The notes below the pieces were generated by a model. It had not been told where the DNA came from. It made no database searches and worked only from the letters and a program-made list of their open reading frames with translations. The translations under genes were made by a program, and so were the position numbers. Shown here piece after piece: positions 43,730-57,085 of a stretch of 64,000 nt of DNA (within the stretch, counting starts at the first letter, position 1; each line of letters begins with the position of its first letter). This DNA is from Octopus vulgaris (taxonomy: Eukaryota), in the NCBI GenBank assembly GCA_951406725.2, contig OX597824.1, positions 29,202,001-29,266,000 on the forward strand, in the 5' to 3' direction.

Positions 43730-43812
43730 TTTTCCTGATGAGAAGGCGGCCTAATGCACCCCTTATTCCTTCGAAATTAGGAATATGCAGCCTTCGAAAC
43801 ATATGTCGAAAA
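43730..43812 (+). ncRNA. Type I hammerhead ribozyme (predicted)
   Basis: Stem I TTTTC(43730-34)/GAAAA(43808-12); core CTGATGA(43735-41); stem II GAAGGC/GCCTTC(43790-95); GAAA(43796-99); stem III C-ATAT-G; GTC triplet with predicted cleavage after 43807. Confidence 0.75.
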
Positions 43813-44047
43813 TAAAATAAAGGAATTTTGTTAATTCGTCGTTCAACTCCATTCTTTCATTTATTTGTATTCAAAAAAACACACAAATTTCCACACGAAA
43901 GCACGTGATCTCTGCCCTTGGCATGTAGCTTCAACCGTGCTTTTCTGACGTGAATTTGCTACCCGGGTATCGGTTAACCGAATTATCCATACTAGGATAA
44001 TTCATTCAACTACTTATATATATATATATATATATACATATTATAGA

Positions 44048-44316
44048 TATCACCGTGATCACCGTGACCGACCAGGCTATCAGATGTTGCTAGACGTCGC
44101 TGGTCACAATGCGCTTCGCATTGTTTTAGCCTTCAAATTACGCCACCCTGCTGGCTAAGCGTGCAGGCCAACAGAAGAAAGAACGAGAGAAAGTTGTGGC
44201 GAAAGGAGTACAACAGGGATGGCCATCACCCCCAGCCGGAGATCGAGGAGCTTTAGGTGTTTTTGCGATACTACGACTGCGAGTCCGCTGCCCTAACCAC
44301 TGGATCATTGCGCCTC

Positions 44317-44319
<3 letters not shown>
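44048..44319 (-). mobile_element. tRNA-derived SINE family C
   Basis: Minus head GAGGCGCAATG..CCAGTGGTTAGGGCAGCGGACTCGC, with the B-box region deleted; the body is shared with 54451-54715. Confidence 0.75.
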
Positions 44320-44362
<43 letters not shown>

Positions 44363-44385
44363 GTGTGTGTGTGTGTGTGTGTTTG

Positions 44386-44427
<42 letters not shown>

Positions 44428-44432
44428 ATATA

Positions 44433-44468
<36 letters not shown>

Positions 44469-44769
44469 TGTATGTATGTATGTATGTATGTATACACAGT
44501 GTAAACAGTCACAGGTTAGGTTTCCTCACATCTTCCGTCTACCAGATTCACTCTCAAGGCATCGGTAGATCAGGCTCTGTCTATACTAGAAAACAACTCT
44601 TCTAATATACATTATGATTTTAACATAATATGTCTTAGAAGAGATTTTTTTTTTTTAGAGAGAGAAACAAAAAAGAAAAAAAAAAACATTATGTTTTTTT
44701 TTCAGTTGTGCATGTGTATGTATATATGTATAGAGACCTTGAGGTAAGTGTTTGCCGATGGCTTTACAT

Positions 44770-45068
44770 GTAAGAGTAATGTGTGTGTTTGTGGTGTGTG
44801 TTTGTGTATGTGTGTGTGTATGTGTGTGTGTATGTGGTATGTGGGTGTGTCGCGGGAGGGGTCTGTGTTTACATATATGGGGAGAGACAGAGAAACGGAG
44901 AGAGAAAGATAGATAGGTAGGTAGAGTGATGGATAGATGCATACAAACATACATACATACATGCATACATGCATCCATGCATATTCACATATGGATATAT
45001 ACCTGAAAACACACACGAACACACGCACACACATGCAAACACATTTCTATATATATACCTATATATGT

Positions 45069-45107
<39 letters not shown>

Positions 45108-45725
45108 TATATGCATATGTGCATGAATATATACATGCATACATATATTTAATTCATAGACACATATATGTGTATGTATGTATATATATTTAGATAAATA
45201 TATATGCATGTATCCATGTGTATGTAAGTGTGTGTGTGTGTGTGTGTATGTGTGTGTGCGAGTGTGTGTGTGCGTGTGTGTGTGTAACTGTGTATAAATA
45301 CATTCAAACATGCATATACACATACATGAGTGGCAGATCAATAGATAGGTAGAGAGATAGATATGCCGATAGACATATAGGGAGAGATACAGAACTTAGA
45401 TAGACTCTACGTGTATATATGTGCGTGTGTATATTCATGATTTTGTCAAATTCCTGTGATAAGACAATAAATTTCCGCCTTCATGGCACCAGACTTTGTA
45501 TAACATATCTGCAGAGATCTAGAACGCATAGAAGTACATGAATGGCAAAATTTCGGCACACGCATCGTGCATAAACCATATTGCATATTCGTCAAACGCA
45601 CACGTGTGTGCACTCGCACAACCACCCACACAGCTAACAAAGCGTAACAAGAATCATATATGTGCACACATACATGTGTATATGTGCTTGTACATAAAAG
45701 CATGTATACAGGCATGCATATGTAA

Positions 45726-45775
<50 letters not shown>

Positions 45776-45913
45776 ACAAGTATACATATGTATACATATA
45801 TATATACATATACGTACACATTTATATATAAATATTATGTATATATATCTATATATATATATATCTATATATATATATCAATTAATATATATACATATAT
45901 ATATATATATGTG

Positions 45914-45967
<54 letters not shown>

Positions 45968-46632
45968 TTAGACCACCAGGAAGATAGAAACATCCATTCG
46001 AACACAAATTTACTTATATATATATATATATATATATATGCATAATACAAAGATACATGCATATGAATATATATATAAATAAGCATAGACGGTGTCATAT
46101 ATATATCTACACACATGCAACGACACATACTCACACAAATTCATACACACATAGACATGTTTATAAATGCATATACATGCACATTTACGTATATAAATGC
46201 ATGTATGTATATTGTGTATGCATATATGAATATAGTTATTCATATATTTATACACGTATACTTATTTATTCAAATACGTGTGTATATTTGCATGAATGTG
46301 TGTATGAGAATGTGAATGTGTATGTGTATGTTTACCTGCATGTATGTATATATACGTGTGTGTGTGTGTGTGTGTGTGTCTATGTGTTTGTATGAACCTG
46401 TGTAACAGGAATTTCTTTGCTGCCAAATCTGAAACAGAACTTTAGTTTGTATTTGAACACAGTGACACAGGTATAAATATATTTGATACATTTACGCGCG
46501 CGCACACACACATACTCTCACACACATATGAACGCACACACACACACACACACGCACACACATACAAACATACAAACACTGACACAACTTTACGTGCACA
46601 TGCACCGACGCACGCATATATATATATATACA

Positions 46633-46687
<55 letters not shown>

Positions 46688-46850
46688 ACACGTATATGCT
46701 TATATAAATGTATTTATTTGCCAGCGTATTTGTACATACATATATTAAATACATGCATACATAGAAACATTCCTACACACATGAACACACACATACGCTC
46801 ACACACAAATACACACACACACAAACATATATATATATATACATATAAAG
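44770..46850. repeat. Extended degenerate alternating purine-pyrimidine region
   Basis: Directly visible (TA)/(CA)/(TG) tracts. Confidence 0.9.
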
Positions 46851-47342
46851 TATGTGGTTAGGATGTTGAACTCCCGATCGCAAGGTTTTAGTTTCGATTT
46901 CCAGTGCAGTGGTGCATTGTGTTATTGTGCAAAACACTTCATTTCACGTCGCTCCATGGCGTTCCGTTCAAGACGAATATTGGTCTGCATCGAAGCTTGC
47001 TTCAGCATCAGCAGAATTTGATAATAGGGACAAAATATTCAGAGTGCTTAAGAGTGCTGCAAAGCAGGTCTCCAGAGAAGTAATCACCCACTGAGGCAAG
47101 TGTTTTGGACCTTAACCTCTTACAATCTAAGGGATCTGAGCTGCTTGCAGGTCATGTGACCTTCTGTTGAGGCATTTTTGGCTCTTAGATATCGGAGACT
47201 GATGCATTTAAACCATTTTGGAGATTTCATCACTCTGGAACCCATTTCCGTTGACTCAGGTTTCAAATTTATACTTAAATAGGAAATATATATTTAATTT
47301 ATGTTAAGCGAATTTGTTCTACATTTATAGATCTACAAGATC

Positions 47343-47503
47343 AGGCATGGATGTATGGTAAGAAGCTTGTTTTTCAGCCACATGGTTCCAGGATCAATCT
47401 CACTGCGTGACAACTTGGCCAGGTGTCTTCTACTATAGCTTCCGGCCGAGTAAAGGCTTGTCAGTGGATTTGGTTGACGGAAACTGAACGTACACCGTCG
47501 TAA

Positions 47504-47573
<70 letters not shown>

Positions 47574-47780
47574 TGTGTGTGTCTGTGTCTGTGCCCTACC
47601 ACCGGTGTTGGTATGTTTACCTCCCCGTAACCTGGCGTTTCGGCAAAAAGGAACCGATAGAAGTACTATTCCTCAAAAAATAAGTCCTAGGGTCGACATA
47701 TTTGACTAAAACCCTTCAAGGCGGTCCCCCAGCATACCTGCAGCCAAATGACTGAGGAAAGTAAAGGATGAAAGAAAAGA
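47343..47780 (+). mobile_element. SINE family B
   Basis: Family motifs with internal (TATATG)n(TG)n. Confidence 0.8.
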
Positions 47781-47820
47781 TCTACGAGGCACCAATACTT
47801 TCTCTAATATTTCAGTTTAG

Positions 47821-48255
47821 TAAGGCGGCGAGCTGGCAGAAACGTTAAGCACGCCGGGCGAAATGTCTTGCGGTATTTCGTCTGCCGTTACATTCTGAGT
47901 TCAAATTCCGCCGAGGTCGACTTTATCATTCATCCTTTCGGGGTCGATTAAATAAGTACCAGTTACGCACTGGGGTCGATATAATCGACGTAATCCGTTT
48001 GTCTGTCCTTGTTTGTCCCCTCTGTGTGTAGTCCGTTGTGGGCAGTAAAGAAATAAGAAACGTTAGCACGCCGGGCGAAATGCTTAGGGGTGTCTCATCT
48101 GTCTTTAAGTTCTGAGTTCGAATTCCGCCAAAGTCTACTTTGCTTTCATCCCTTCGGGTTCGATAAATTAAGTATCAGTTGCGTATTGTGGTCGACCTAA
48201 TGGGCTGGTACCCTCCCCCAAACTTTCGGGCCTTGTTCCAAGTGTAGAAAAGAAT
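47821..48255 (+). mobile_element. SINE family A dimer
   Basis: Unit 1 ends AAAGAAATA and joins AGAAACGTTAGCACG; unit 2 has the alternative tail. Confidence 0.88.
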
Positions 48256-49319
48256 ATTTTAGTTTTGCTTTCAAATCCCACTGGCAGACGGGAAATCAGT
48301 ATTTCCCTCGGGTGCCCTGAAGTTGAGCGCCTGTGATTGTAGTACTTCTGTGCATGTGTGTAGGAACTGGTTCCCTATAAGACAGTCATGTCCAGAGAGC
48401 ATACTTGTGTGTGTTTGTATGTACGTGTGTGTCTGTGAGTGTGTTTGTGTGTGTTTGTGTGCGTGAGTGTTTCTGTGTGAGTGATTGTGTGTTTGTATGT
48501 ACGTTTGTGATGTGTGAGTAAGTGTGAGTGAGTGTGTGCATGTGTGAACAAGTTTGTATGTGTGTGTGAGTTTATACATACATACGTACTTACATACATG
48601 TCTTTATATATACATATATACAAGCATTATTGCTGTTTTTATCGCGAAATGCATGCACACGTATGTACAGGAATTTTACATTTCAAAAATACGTTTACAT
48701 ATTTAATATTATGATATATGCACGTGCATGTCCATGCCTATTTGTGCATGTGTATATGTGTGAGCGTGTCTATCTATGAGTATATGCACCAAAAGAAAAA
48801 TATACATCCTTCTTTTTTCGTTTTCTAAATAATTGTACAATTGCGTTTACGCTTGTATTTGTGGAATTTAATAAAATCCTTTATAACTAACATTTTTGGA
48901 GTATGCTACGGTGGCACGCATATCTGCATATTTATGCTAATGTATATACGCCCGTGTGTTCTTTTTATATGTGTGTGTTTGTTGTGTATGTATGTTTGTA
49001 TATTTGTCTTTAAAATGTTCTTATAAAAAATTTAAAAAACAACAAACGGTATATATACTGCTTAACTCTTTATTGTATATTTATTCTTACCGAATATGTT
49101 TATGGAATATCCTAAGGTAAAACTAAAAAAAAAAAAAGATCAAAATTTTATTGGTTTTTCTAATTTTGTCTTTTTTTTCTATTTTAATTACATTTTAAAA
49201 AGATTTCAATGGCGTCAAATATATATCTTATCCAAAATACATTATTTTAAGTTCTTCAAATGCACTATAACACTTTTATTAAATTGACTTAACTGTATAT
49301 ACTGATATCAACAAGGATA

Positions 49320-50010
49320 CGTATCGTTGTTATTTTGCTATCACATCGTTCACTCCGATCCCTTTTCGAATTATCACATTTCAATATGTTCTCGTAATGA
49401 TATTCCCAGCACGGATCTTTACATGGCCTTTTGCGTCGTAGCCAATCGATGTTAAAGCCTCCTCGTAGTAACCCTCGTCCCATTTCCGTATAAAAGCACT
49501 GGTAGGGCGGTGTTACTGAAATGTCTGATACGTATGGTATCATCAAAGTTTTGTTTTGAGCAGGATATCGAAAGCATGAGTTCCGTTCGGCCGGACATGT
49601 CGTAAGGTTCTCAAACAAGAGGTGGACCTAAACAGTTGCCGAGTGGTATTCAAGAATCTTAAGGCGGCAAGCTGGCAAAAACGTTAGCACGCCGGGCGAA
49701 ATGCTTAGCGGTATTTCGTCTGCCGTTACGTTCTGAGTTCAAATTCCGCCGAGGTCGACTTTGCCTTTCATCCTTTCGAGGTCGATAAATTAAGTACCAG
49801 TTACGCACTGGGGTCGATGTAATCGACTTAATCAGTTTGTCTGTCCTTCTTTGTCCCATCTGAGTGTAGCTCCTTGTGGGTAGTAAAGGAATAGGTATTC
49901 AAGAATCTGAAAGAAGCCACTTGGAATGCCTCCACAACGATGGGTAGACGGTTTATCAAGCAATTTTGGTCAAGAGGGAAAAGAATGGTGCAATCAAGAG
50001 AGAATTGGAA
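49320..50010 (+). mobile_element. RTE-clade LINE 3' relic with an internal inversion and a SINE insertion
   Basis: Plus strand: FRSAGHVVRFSNKRWT*TVAEWYSRI*KKPLGMPPQRWVD. Minus strand 49340-49558: LPVLLYG..LATTQKAM*RSVLGISLREHI..GVNDVI. Confidence 0.8.
49660..49893 (+). mobile_element. SINE family A monomer with 15-bp TSD
   Basis: GGTATTCAAGAATCT at 49645-49659 and 49894-49908. Confidence 0.93.
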
Positions 50011-50202
50011 GCACATTATAACCAGCGGTGTATAACAGCAGCTGATATTATGATACTGTGATCGTTGTTTTCAGATAAATTTGTTTATATTTTCCTACTT
50101 GGCACGCTGACGTTATACGTCTGAAAAGAGAAACAGAGATAAAAGTTATGAATTTATTCAAATTTCAGAAATGATAAACAAAAGTTGTAGAGGAAGAGTA
50201 GA

Positions 50203-50260
<58 letters not shown>

Positions 50261-50681
50261 ATTCATTTACACACACGCCAGCTGAATTCAATTCGTCCCC
50301 AGTCGAAAGACACCTGTTGTTATGTCCTGTTGTTGTTATTATTATTATTATTATTATTATTGTTGTTTTTGTTGTTGTTATTGTATTTTGTATTTATATT
50401 CGTGTAACATCGTCTGTTTTATCGTCCTTGTTTTCATATACATTCGATGCTTTCTTCCAAGGAATCTAATGCTCTTAGCTTAGCTTTTCCTTGGGCTGGC
50501 CAGATTGGATCAATCTAAAGATTAATCAGCCGAAATTGCGAGGATGATCCGGTTCTTAGCTGAGGATAGAAAACTTCGAATGACCCGTCCTTGTTTTTTT
50601 TGTATCGTCTGTCTGAATGTTTTGTTGTCCCTTTCTGTATCACCTAGTTGTCTGGATGCTTTGCGTTCTTGTCCCATTTTG

Positions 50682-50720
<39 letters not shown>

Positions 50721-50729
50721 TATTTAACA

Positions 50730-51086
50730 AGCTGGAGCATCGCCTTGAAAGATTTGGTTGAACAAATCAACCTCATTACTTATTTTAGAATCTGGTACTT
50801 ACTCTATCAGTTTCATCTTTTGCCGAACCGCTAGATGCTGGAGACGTAAACAAAGCAACACCAGTTGTCAAGTAGTGATAGGAACAAATGCACGTACACA
50901 CGCACACACCACACACACACCACACACACATACGCATTCACACAAATATGTACATATATTTACTGCGGGCCTCTACATAGTTTCCGTTTACGAAATTTCA
51001 TTCACCAGGCTATAGGAGGAGATACTTGTCACTCAGTGGTTTCAAACCCAAAACCACTTGGTTGCAAAGGGATATTTTTAACCACA
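50730..51086 (-). mobile_element. SINE family B (decayed)
   Basis: Family motifs in reverse complement. Confidence 0.7.
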
Positions 51087-51529
51087 CTTTTGAACTTTAG
51101 AATATGTTTGCCTAGTTTCATTGCTCAGCTTACGCATTGTATTTTTGGTAACTCTTTTTGACTGAAAACCAGCTATTCAAAATCGACTGTACAACGTACC
51201 AATGTAAATTTAGAGGATGTCTAAAGAGAGAAAACGTAGCTTTCGTACCCATTGTCACATTCTGAATGGTTTTGTAAAGAAATATTCTCATCTTTAGAAG
51301 AGTGACCTCTGTAGCTGTACTTCGTATTTTATTATTTCTTTCTTTGTATATTTGGTCTCTGTAGTTGCAATTGGTAGAATATCCCTTGCATTCGAATGTA
51401 TGTATGTGTTTCCACAATAGAAGTAATTTTGTTTTTTTTCTTTTTCTTTTATTACTTAATCGAACGTATTCTTGCCCGCAAATTGCAAGCCTCACGCCAC
51501 ATTCGAAGGCACACGTGTATTTAGTCATG

Positions 51530-51561
<32 letters not shown>

Positions 51562-51619
51562 TGTATGTATGTATGTATATATATATATATATACACATAT
51601 ATATATACATATATATATA

Positions 51620-51674
<55 letters not shown>

Positions 51675-52229
51675 TGTATGCATATATGAAAGTATGCGTT
51701 TGTTCATGTCTGCATTTACTGCTTGGTTTTCTAAATGCTATGTTAACGGCTCATTGGCAAGGTTGTATAGAACGTATATTTTAAACAAAGTGTTTCCGTT
51801 CTTTTAACTGATCTTCTGTGCAAAACTTTCATTTTCTAACCTTTATGTACTTCTTGCAGACTTTTAGCAAGATCATCGGACCGGCCATTTGCAAAATCGG
51901 TGGCGAAGAATTCTCATCGGAGCATGTGACTGGGCATTGAAAAATCCCCAAATGGCTGAAATTTTGAGTTTTAGCTTCACTCTGATATTTATAGTGTTTT
52001 TGGCACCAAACGTCCATATCAGATGTTACCTCAAGAGAACTACCGAAGTAGTTATCGACGTTGTGTATACTTTAAGTATGATACCTAGATGGACAATTTA
52101 TGTTAATCGTGTCTCGGTTGCGTATACCAGATTTAGGAAACAATAAAATGCGCACTACTTTGACCAAGATGATTTAATACACACTTCACTCCAACAATAA
52201 CAAATATAAATATGGAAGCGTATTTTGGG

Positions 52230-52649
52230 GGATCTTTTCGGTTTGAACGGCAGTTTTTAACATTATTTCTAGGTAACTAACAAATTTTAAACTTCGTATA
52301 TTGGTAGAATGTGTTAATAAAACATCTTTTTCTCTTGGCTTTATTGAGAAAATTCTATAGTTTGTAAGATATTTGTGGTTTCTTCTTCAATTTCTGCAAT
52401 TTCAACCAATCAGTGACGTCTATTGAGTTACAAAGCATTCTGTGCCGTATGAATATGTCCCTTGTTTAAGAAACATATTGGGTTTATTTACATTTGTGAA
52501 GAAAAAAAGATACCCTTCCCCCACCTCTAACCCTAACCCTAACCCTAAAAGAGATTGAAATGCAATAGATTGATTCTAAGGTCATAATTATGGGTGACAA
52601 TTTCATATGACACCGCTAGAAAACACTGCCGTTCAAACCGAAAAGATCC
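52230..52649. mobile_element. MITE, 420 bp, ~25-bp TIRs, 8-bp TSD
   Basis: TIRs GGATCTTTTCGGTTTGAACGGCAGT and ACTGCCGTTCAAACCGAAAAGATCC; TSD ATTTTGGG at 52222-52229 and 52650-52657. Confidence 0.92.
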
Positions 52650-53953
52650 ATTTTGGGTACTATCCAGAAAGATTATTTTATGTACTGTGGTTTTCTAACT
52701 ATATTAACATCGTGGGCAGCTAGATTCCAAAACTGATCACTTCCTTATATTTCGTGGTCCCAAACAGCAATACGAAGTCGGTTCTATATTCATTTTATGA
52801 ATTTGCTTATAATTGTAGCCTTAGATTCCAGCTATATTCATTTTATTTCATCGTTCCTTGTATCCCTATCTATATTTGTTCTTATCTCTTACTCTATTTT
52901 AGATTTTTTTGCTGGCTACCAGATCTTGTGGAAAGGGTATATCTGGAGGATATTTTCTCACAGTTAACAATGACGTGGTTGGTCTGTTCACTTCATTCCT
53001 ACTTTCATTGTGAGGTAATTCTTTCTAAGTTTTCTATAGAAAGTAACGTGTGGATTTCTCGTTCCTGTATTCCTAGAAGCAACTTTCAAATTAAGATGTT
53101 ATAATCACGCTTACACTCTGTGTAAGAATTTTAGTGTTGCTTGTATATATTTTGTATATAATTTGTATATATTGTGTTTGTATACATTTGCACGCATTGA
53201 GGTTTGTACAAACCTCCATATATGCAAATATATTTTGTATGCAAAGTAGTTGGTGCTGATTTCTTGCACCAGAATTACATAGGGACAGCATTCAAGGTAA
53301 GACGCTATAATCATGCATATACTCTACGTAAGGGATTAGTGTTGTTTGTTCTCTCCATGATGTACGTATTTCGTTTCAAAAACATATCGACACATAATTT
53401 CTGGGTCAGCTCGTCTATTATTGTTTTTATTATTTGTAGTTTCGCTGGTAATTATCCTTGGAGAGAGATCTGTGTCAGTTTCCATTCCATGCTTTTTCTC
53501 GGGTTTATAACTGATCCTAATAAAGTTTATATGTTCGTGCTCTCAAACCGGCATGACGTAATAATTGACTATTTTTCTCTACTGGAGATGTTGCTTTAAT
53601 GTTACATTATAGATATTATATAATATTTATTACAGCTTTGTGGCCATTGCCGGTATATCAGCGAGATATAATCCAACAGCTTCCAAATGGTATAAATTTT
53701 TGCGTAGTTTCTAAATTCCAGCATCCATCTCTTTGTGTTCTTAACGTGATCAAGGCAGTAGTTCTTATAACAGTTTTTTTTTCATTCGTTCTTTTTTCAT
53801 TCCCTCATACCATTGTATCCAATTTATTATGTTTGTATATCAGGCTTTTGAAAGTTCCACTATATATCCTTCTGTCGCAGCGTACATGTCTGTCTGCCTG
53901 CTTATCTACCAGCCCGTCTGTCTCTTTGTAGTAATATATGCATGTTTGAGTAC

Positions 53954-53989
<36 letters not shown>

Positions 53990-54450
53990 GTCTTCTGTTT
54001 TAAATTATTTAAAGTATTTTTTATATTGAAGAAGCTGGTTTCTAACAAAGATTCAAAGAAGCCCCGTCGTTGGAATTTAGGTAACAAAAACAAATTTACG
54101 TTTCGAACTTGAGAAAAATCTTGCTTATTTTTACTGTTACGCTTACACATCGTATTCATAATATGTAAATTAGCTGGTTGATCAATTTTTCTGGAAACTA
54201 AAAATTTGTTTAGATTGGCACTGCAGCATTTACTCACAAAACTAAGTATATCAAATAACATTAGTATAATTTTCATTTATAATCTGGGTATAGAAGTTGA
54301 AGGTTTCGAAGCAGTTGTACATAGTTATCTTCTTGCTCTTCGATTTTCATTAGAAAGGCTACAGGCCTCGATGACGGTACATGACGATACAGACTGGATT
54401 TAGTAGAAGTTATGAAGTTATGATGGGAATTTTAGAAACAAAACGATAAA

Positions 54451-54715
54451 CATCGGTTTCTGTGGCGTATGTGTCCTCCTCCCAGCTGGACGGGACTCCA
54501 GTCCATCGCTGCGTTACTCAAGAAACAGAAAGAGAGAGTGAGAGAAAGTTGTGGCGAAAGAGTACAACAGGGGTCACCACCACCCCCTGCCGGAACATTG
54601 TGGAGCTTTAGGTGTTTTCGCTCAATAAACACTCACAACACCCGGTTTGGGAATCAAAACCGCGATCCTACGACCGCGAGTCCGCTGCCCTAACTACTGG
54701 CCATTGCGCCTCCAC
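54451..54715 (-). mobile_element. SINE family C, alternative tail
   Basis: Same head and body as the 44048 copy, then GCGATGGACTGGAGTCCCGTCCAG. Confidence 0.75.
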
Positions 54716-54724
54716 TTACGTATG

Positions 54725-54758
<34 letters not shown>

Positions 54759-57023
54759 TGTATGTATGTATGTATGTGTATATCTGTATATATGTATGAA
54801 ACCTTTCTTCCTTTAAGAGATTAACGTGGTTATTTGAAGGAGGTTTCGATGTCTATTCTAGGAGTCGAAGCAACTTCATTAGATTGTTTGGTGAGGACTG
54901 ACCTAGGACGAAAGACCACCGTCATTATCACTACCACCGCCTGTTTTCCGCTGATGCAACCGCCACCACCACCACCACCACCACAGCAACAACAACGACA
55001 ACATCAACAACTACTACTACTATTACTACTACTACTAATGGCGTAATGACTAAATAAGTAAACATATCGTCGCTTGCATAGGGAAGGCCATTAAGGGGAG
55101 ATAAATGGTGAGTAATGTTTAGATGGAAAATATGATCTGGGTGGGGAATGCCTTTGGGATACACGTAGTTGTTATCTTTTAAAGACGGGATTTTTATAAA
55201 GTTCTTAATGGGCTTTTTCTTTACGTTGCTGGTACTGATTGGGAGGTAAAAATTGGGGCACTGTTGCCACATTTCCCCAGATATGTCCCTCTCTATCACC
55301 ACCACTACAATCACGACTATTTCTACAATAAGTAATATATAGTTATATTCTCAGAAACGGATTGCGATGTCGGGCAAAATGAATAAGAAAAAAATTAATT
55401 TGAAAATATATATTATCTTTAGAAGATGTTATTTTTTTTAAATAAAAAAAGCATCACTTTCAACTCATAAGTAATGACAGAGCAAGAGGGGAGGGGAGGG
55501 AGAGAGGGGATGGGAGAGGAGAGGGAGAATGGGGAAAAGGATATGAAGAGAAGGGGAGGGAGTAGGGAGTGATTATGAAGAAAGAGGATACATACACACG
55601 CACATACATACACACGCTCACACACACACACTTACATATATGCAGAGAGAGACAGACAGGCAGAGAGTAGGTGAGAGAGAGACACACACAGAAAGAATAA
55701 GAGAGATAGATTGACAAAGATAGCTACATAGATAGAAAGAAGGACAACCCCCCACATACACACACACACATGCACATATACACGATGGCATTCCTTCAGT
55801 TTTTATCAACCAAACCCACTCAGAAGACTTTGGTCGACCCAAGGTTATAGTGCCAGAAACGACCAAGGTGCCACGCAGTGGGATTGAAATCAAAACTAAC
55901 CACTGGGCTCGATTCATTCGACTAAAAAAATTTTGAAGGCGGTAACTGAAACAAAGAAAGGATAAAAGGAAAAACGATAAAAGAATTATCATAACTTGAT
56001 ACCCGGTAGATTTGACTGTTATTTTACAAGTTGTAGTCGCCACTTCCTAACTGGAAGTTAGACACCTTCAAGAATAACCGGGTTTCTGATATGCCCCTGA
56101 AGGTTTATGTACGAAGAACAATAGCTACAATATCACCCAACGTATTTTAATAGCTATGGTTACTTAGCAAACGATTGTGAAGTATTTACATTCCTATAGT
56201 CTTCAACTGATGCCGGGCTGTATTGGTGTATACTTGAAATAAACTCTTGTTTCCTCGTTTGGCAACTTGACACTGTAACAGCCGATCACATTGAAACACC
56301 TGTCGTTACTAACACTCATAAATTAAGTAACAACTAATTTAATGTAATGTAATATCATTTATTTATTTTGCATCAAAAGCTGGAAAACAATATTTAAAAT
56401 TCTCAGCAATCTGAGACCGGAGAAACAATTTCAGTCCTTGCCTGGTGCTGTTTCATTTCATTGACTTTGAAATTAGTTTCGAGAGAAATATGCAACTCAC
56501 GGTTGTCTAATTTTATCTTCCACTATCGGTTTTATGTGAATTTTACAAACACATACGCACACACACGCACACACACAGTCTCACACACGCACACACACAG
56601 TCTCACACACACGCACACACAAACACACACACACCTGCACACATACACATATCTGCAGGATGAAAAACAAAACCTGTAAAAGGGTGGATGAACTCGGAAG
56701 AGTCAATAGCCATCAAATTACGTGATATATATCTCTGATTTGGTGCGCATTTAACATATCGGGTAAGGTTGGACTCACTAAGATGTGGGGGAGACAAGAG
56801 ACCCGGGAGAGGGAGAATTTCAGGCATTTTTTTCATAAATTTCGTGCTAAACATTTGCAGTAACTCTTCGGTGGCAGGAGTTCCAAATTTTTCACACAAG
56901 CTTTCGCTACCGAAAGAGATTATAAAATCTCTGTAGGTAGTATAACGGCTGTAATGTTGGTTTTTATTCCCCTCATACATTAAAACCCAAGGAATGATCA
57001 TCTATTTATCAATCAATCAAACA

Positions 57024-57085
<62 letters not shown>

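Larger units (their letters stand above)
43371..44015. mobile_element. Foldback element, probable inverted Penelope-like terminal repeats, within (TA)n
   Basis: 43374-43617 is the reverse complement of 43618-43866. The right arm continues as unique sequence to ~44015, with (TA)n on both sides. Confidence 0.75.

Noticed and set aside
49289-49618. 109-aa ORF with ordinary composition
   Set aside because: Off-frame reading of the inverted RTE segment.
52527-52548. Telomeric repeat suggesting a chromosome end or fusion site
   Set aside because: Only ~3.5 units, internal to a MITE.
52660-53830. Possible decayed LINE ORF on the minus strand (LLGSVIN)
   Set aside because: Too degenerate to support by eye. 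The same applies to 56040-57000 and 58320-58800.
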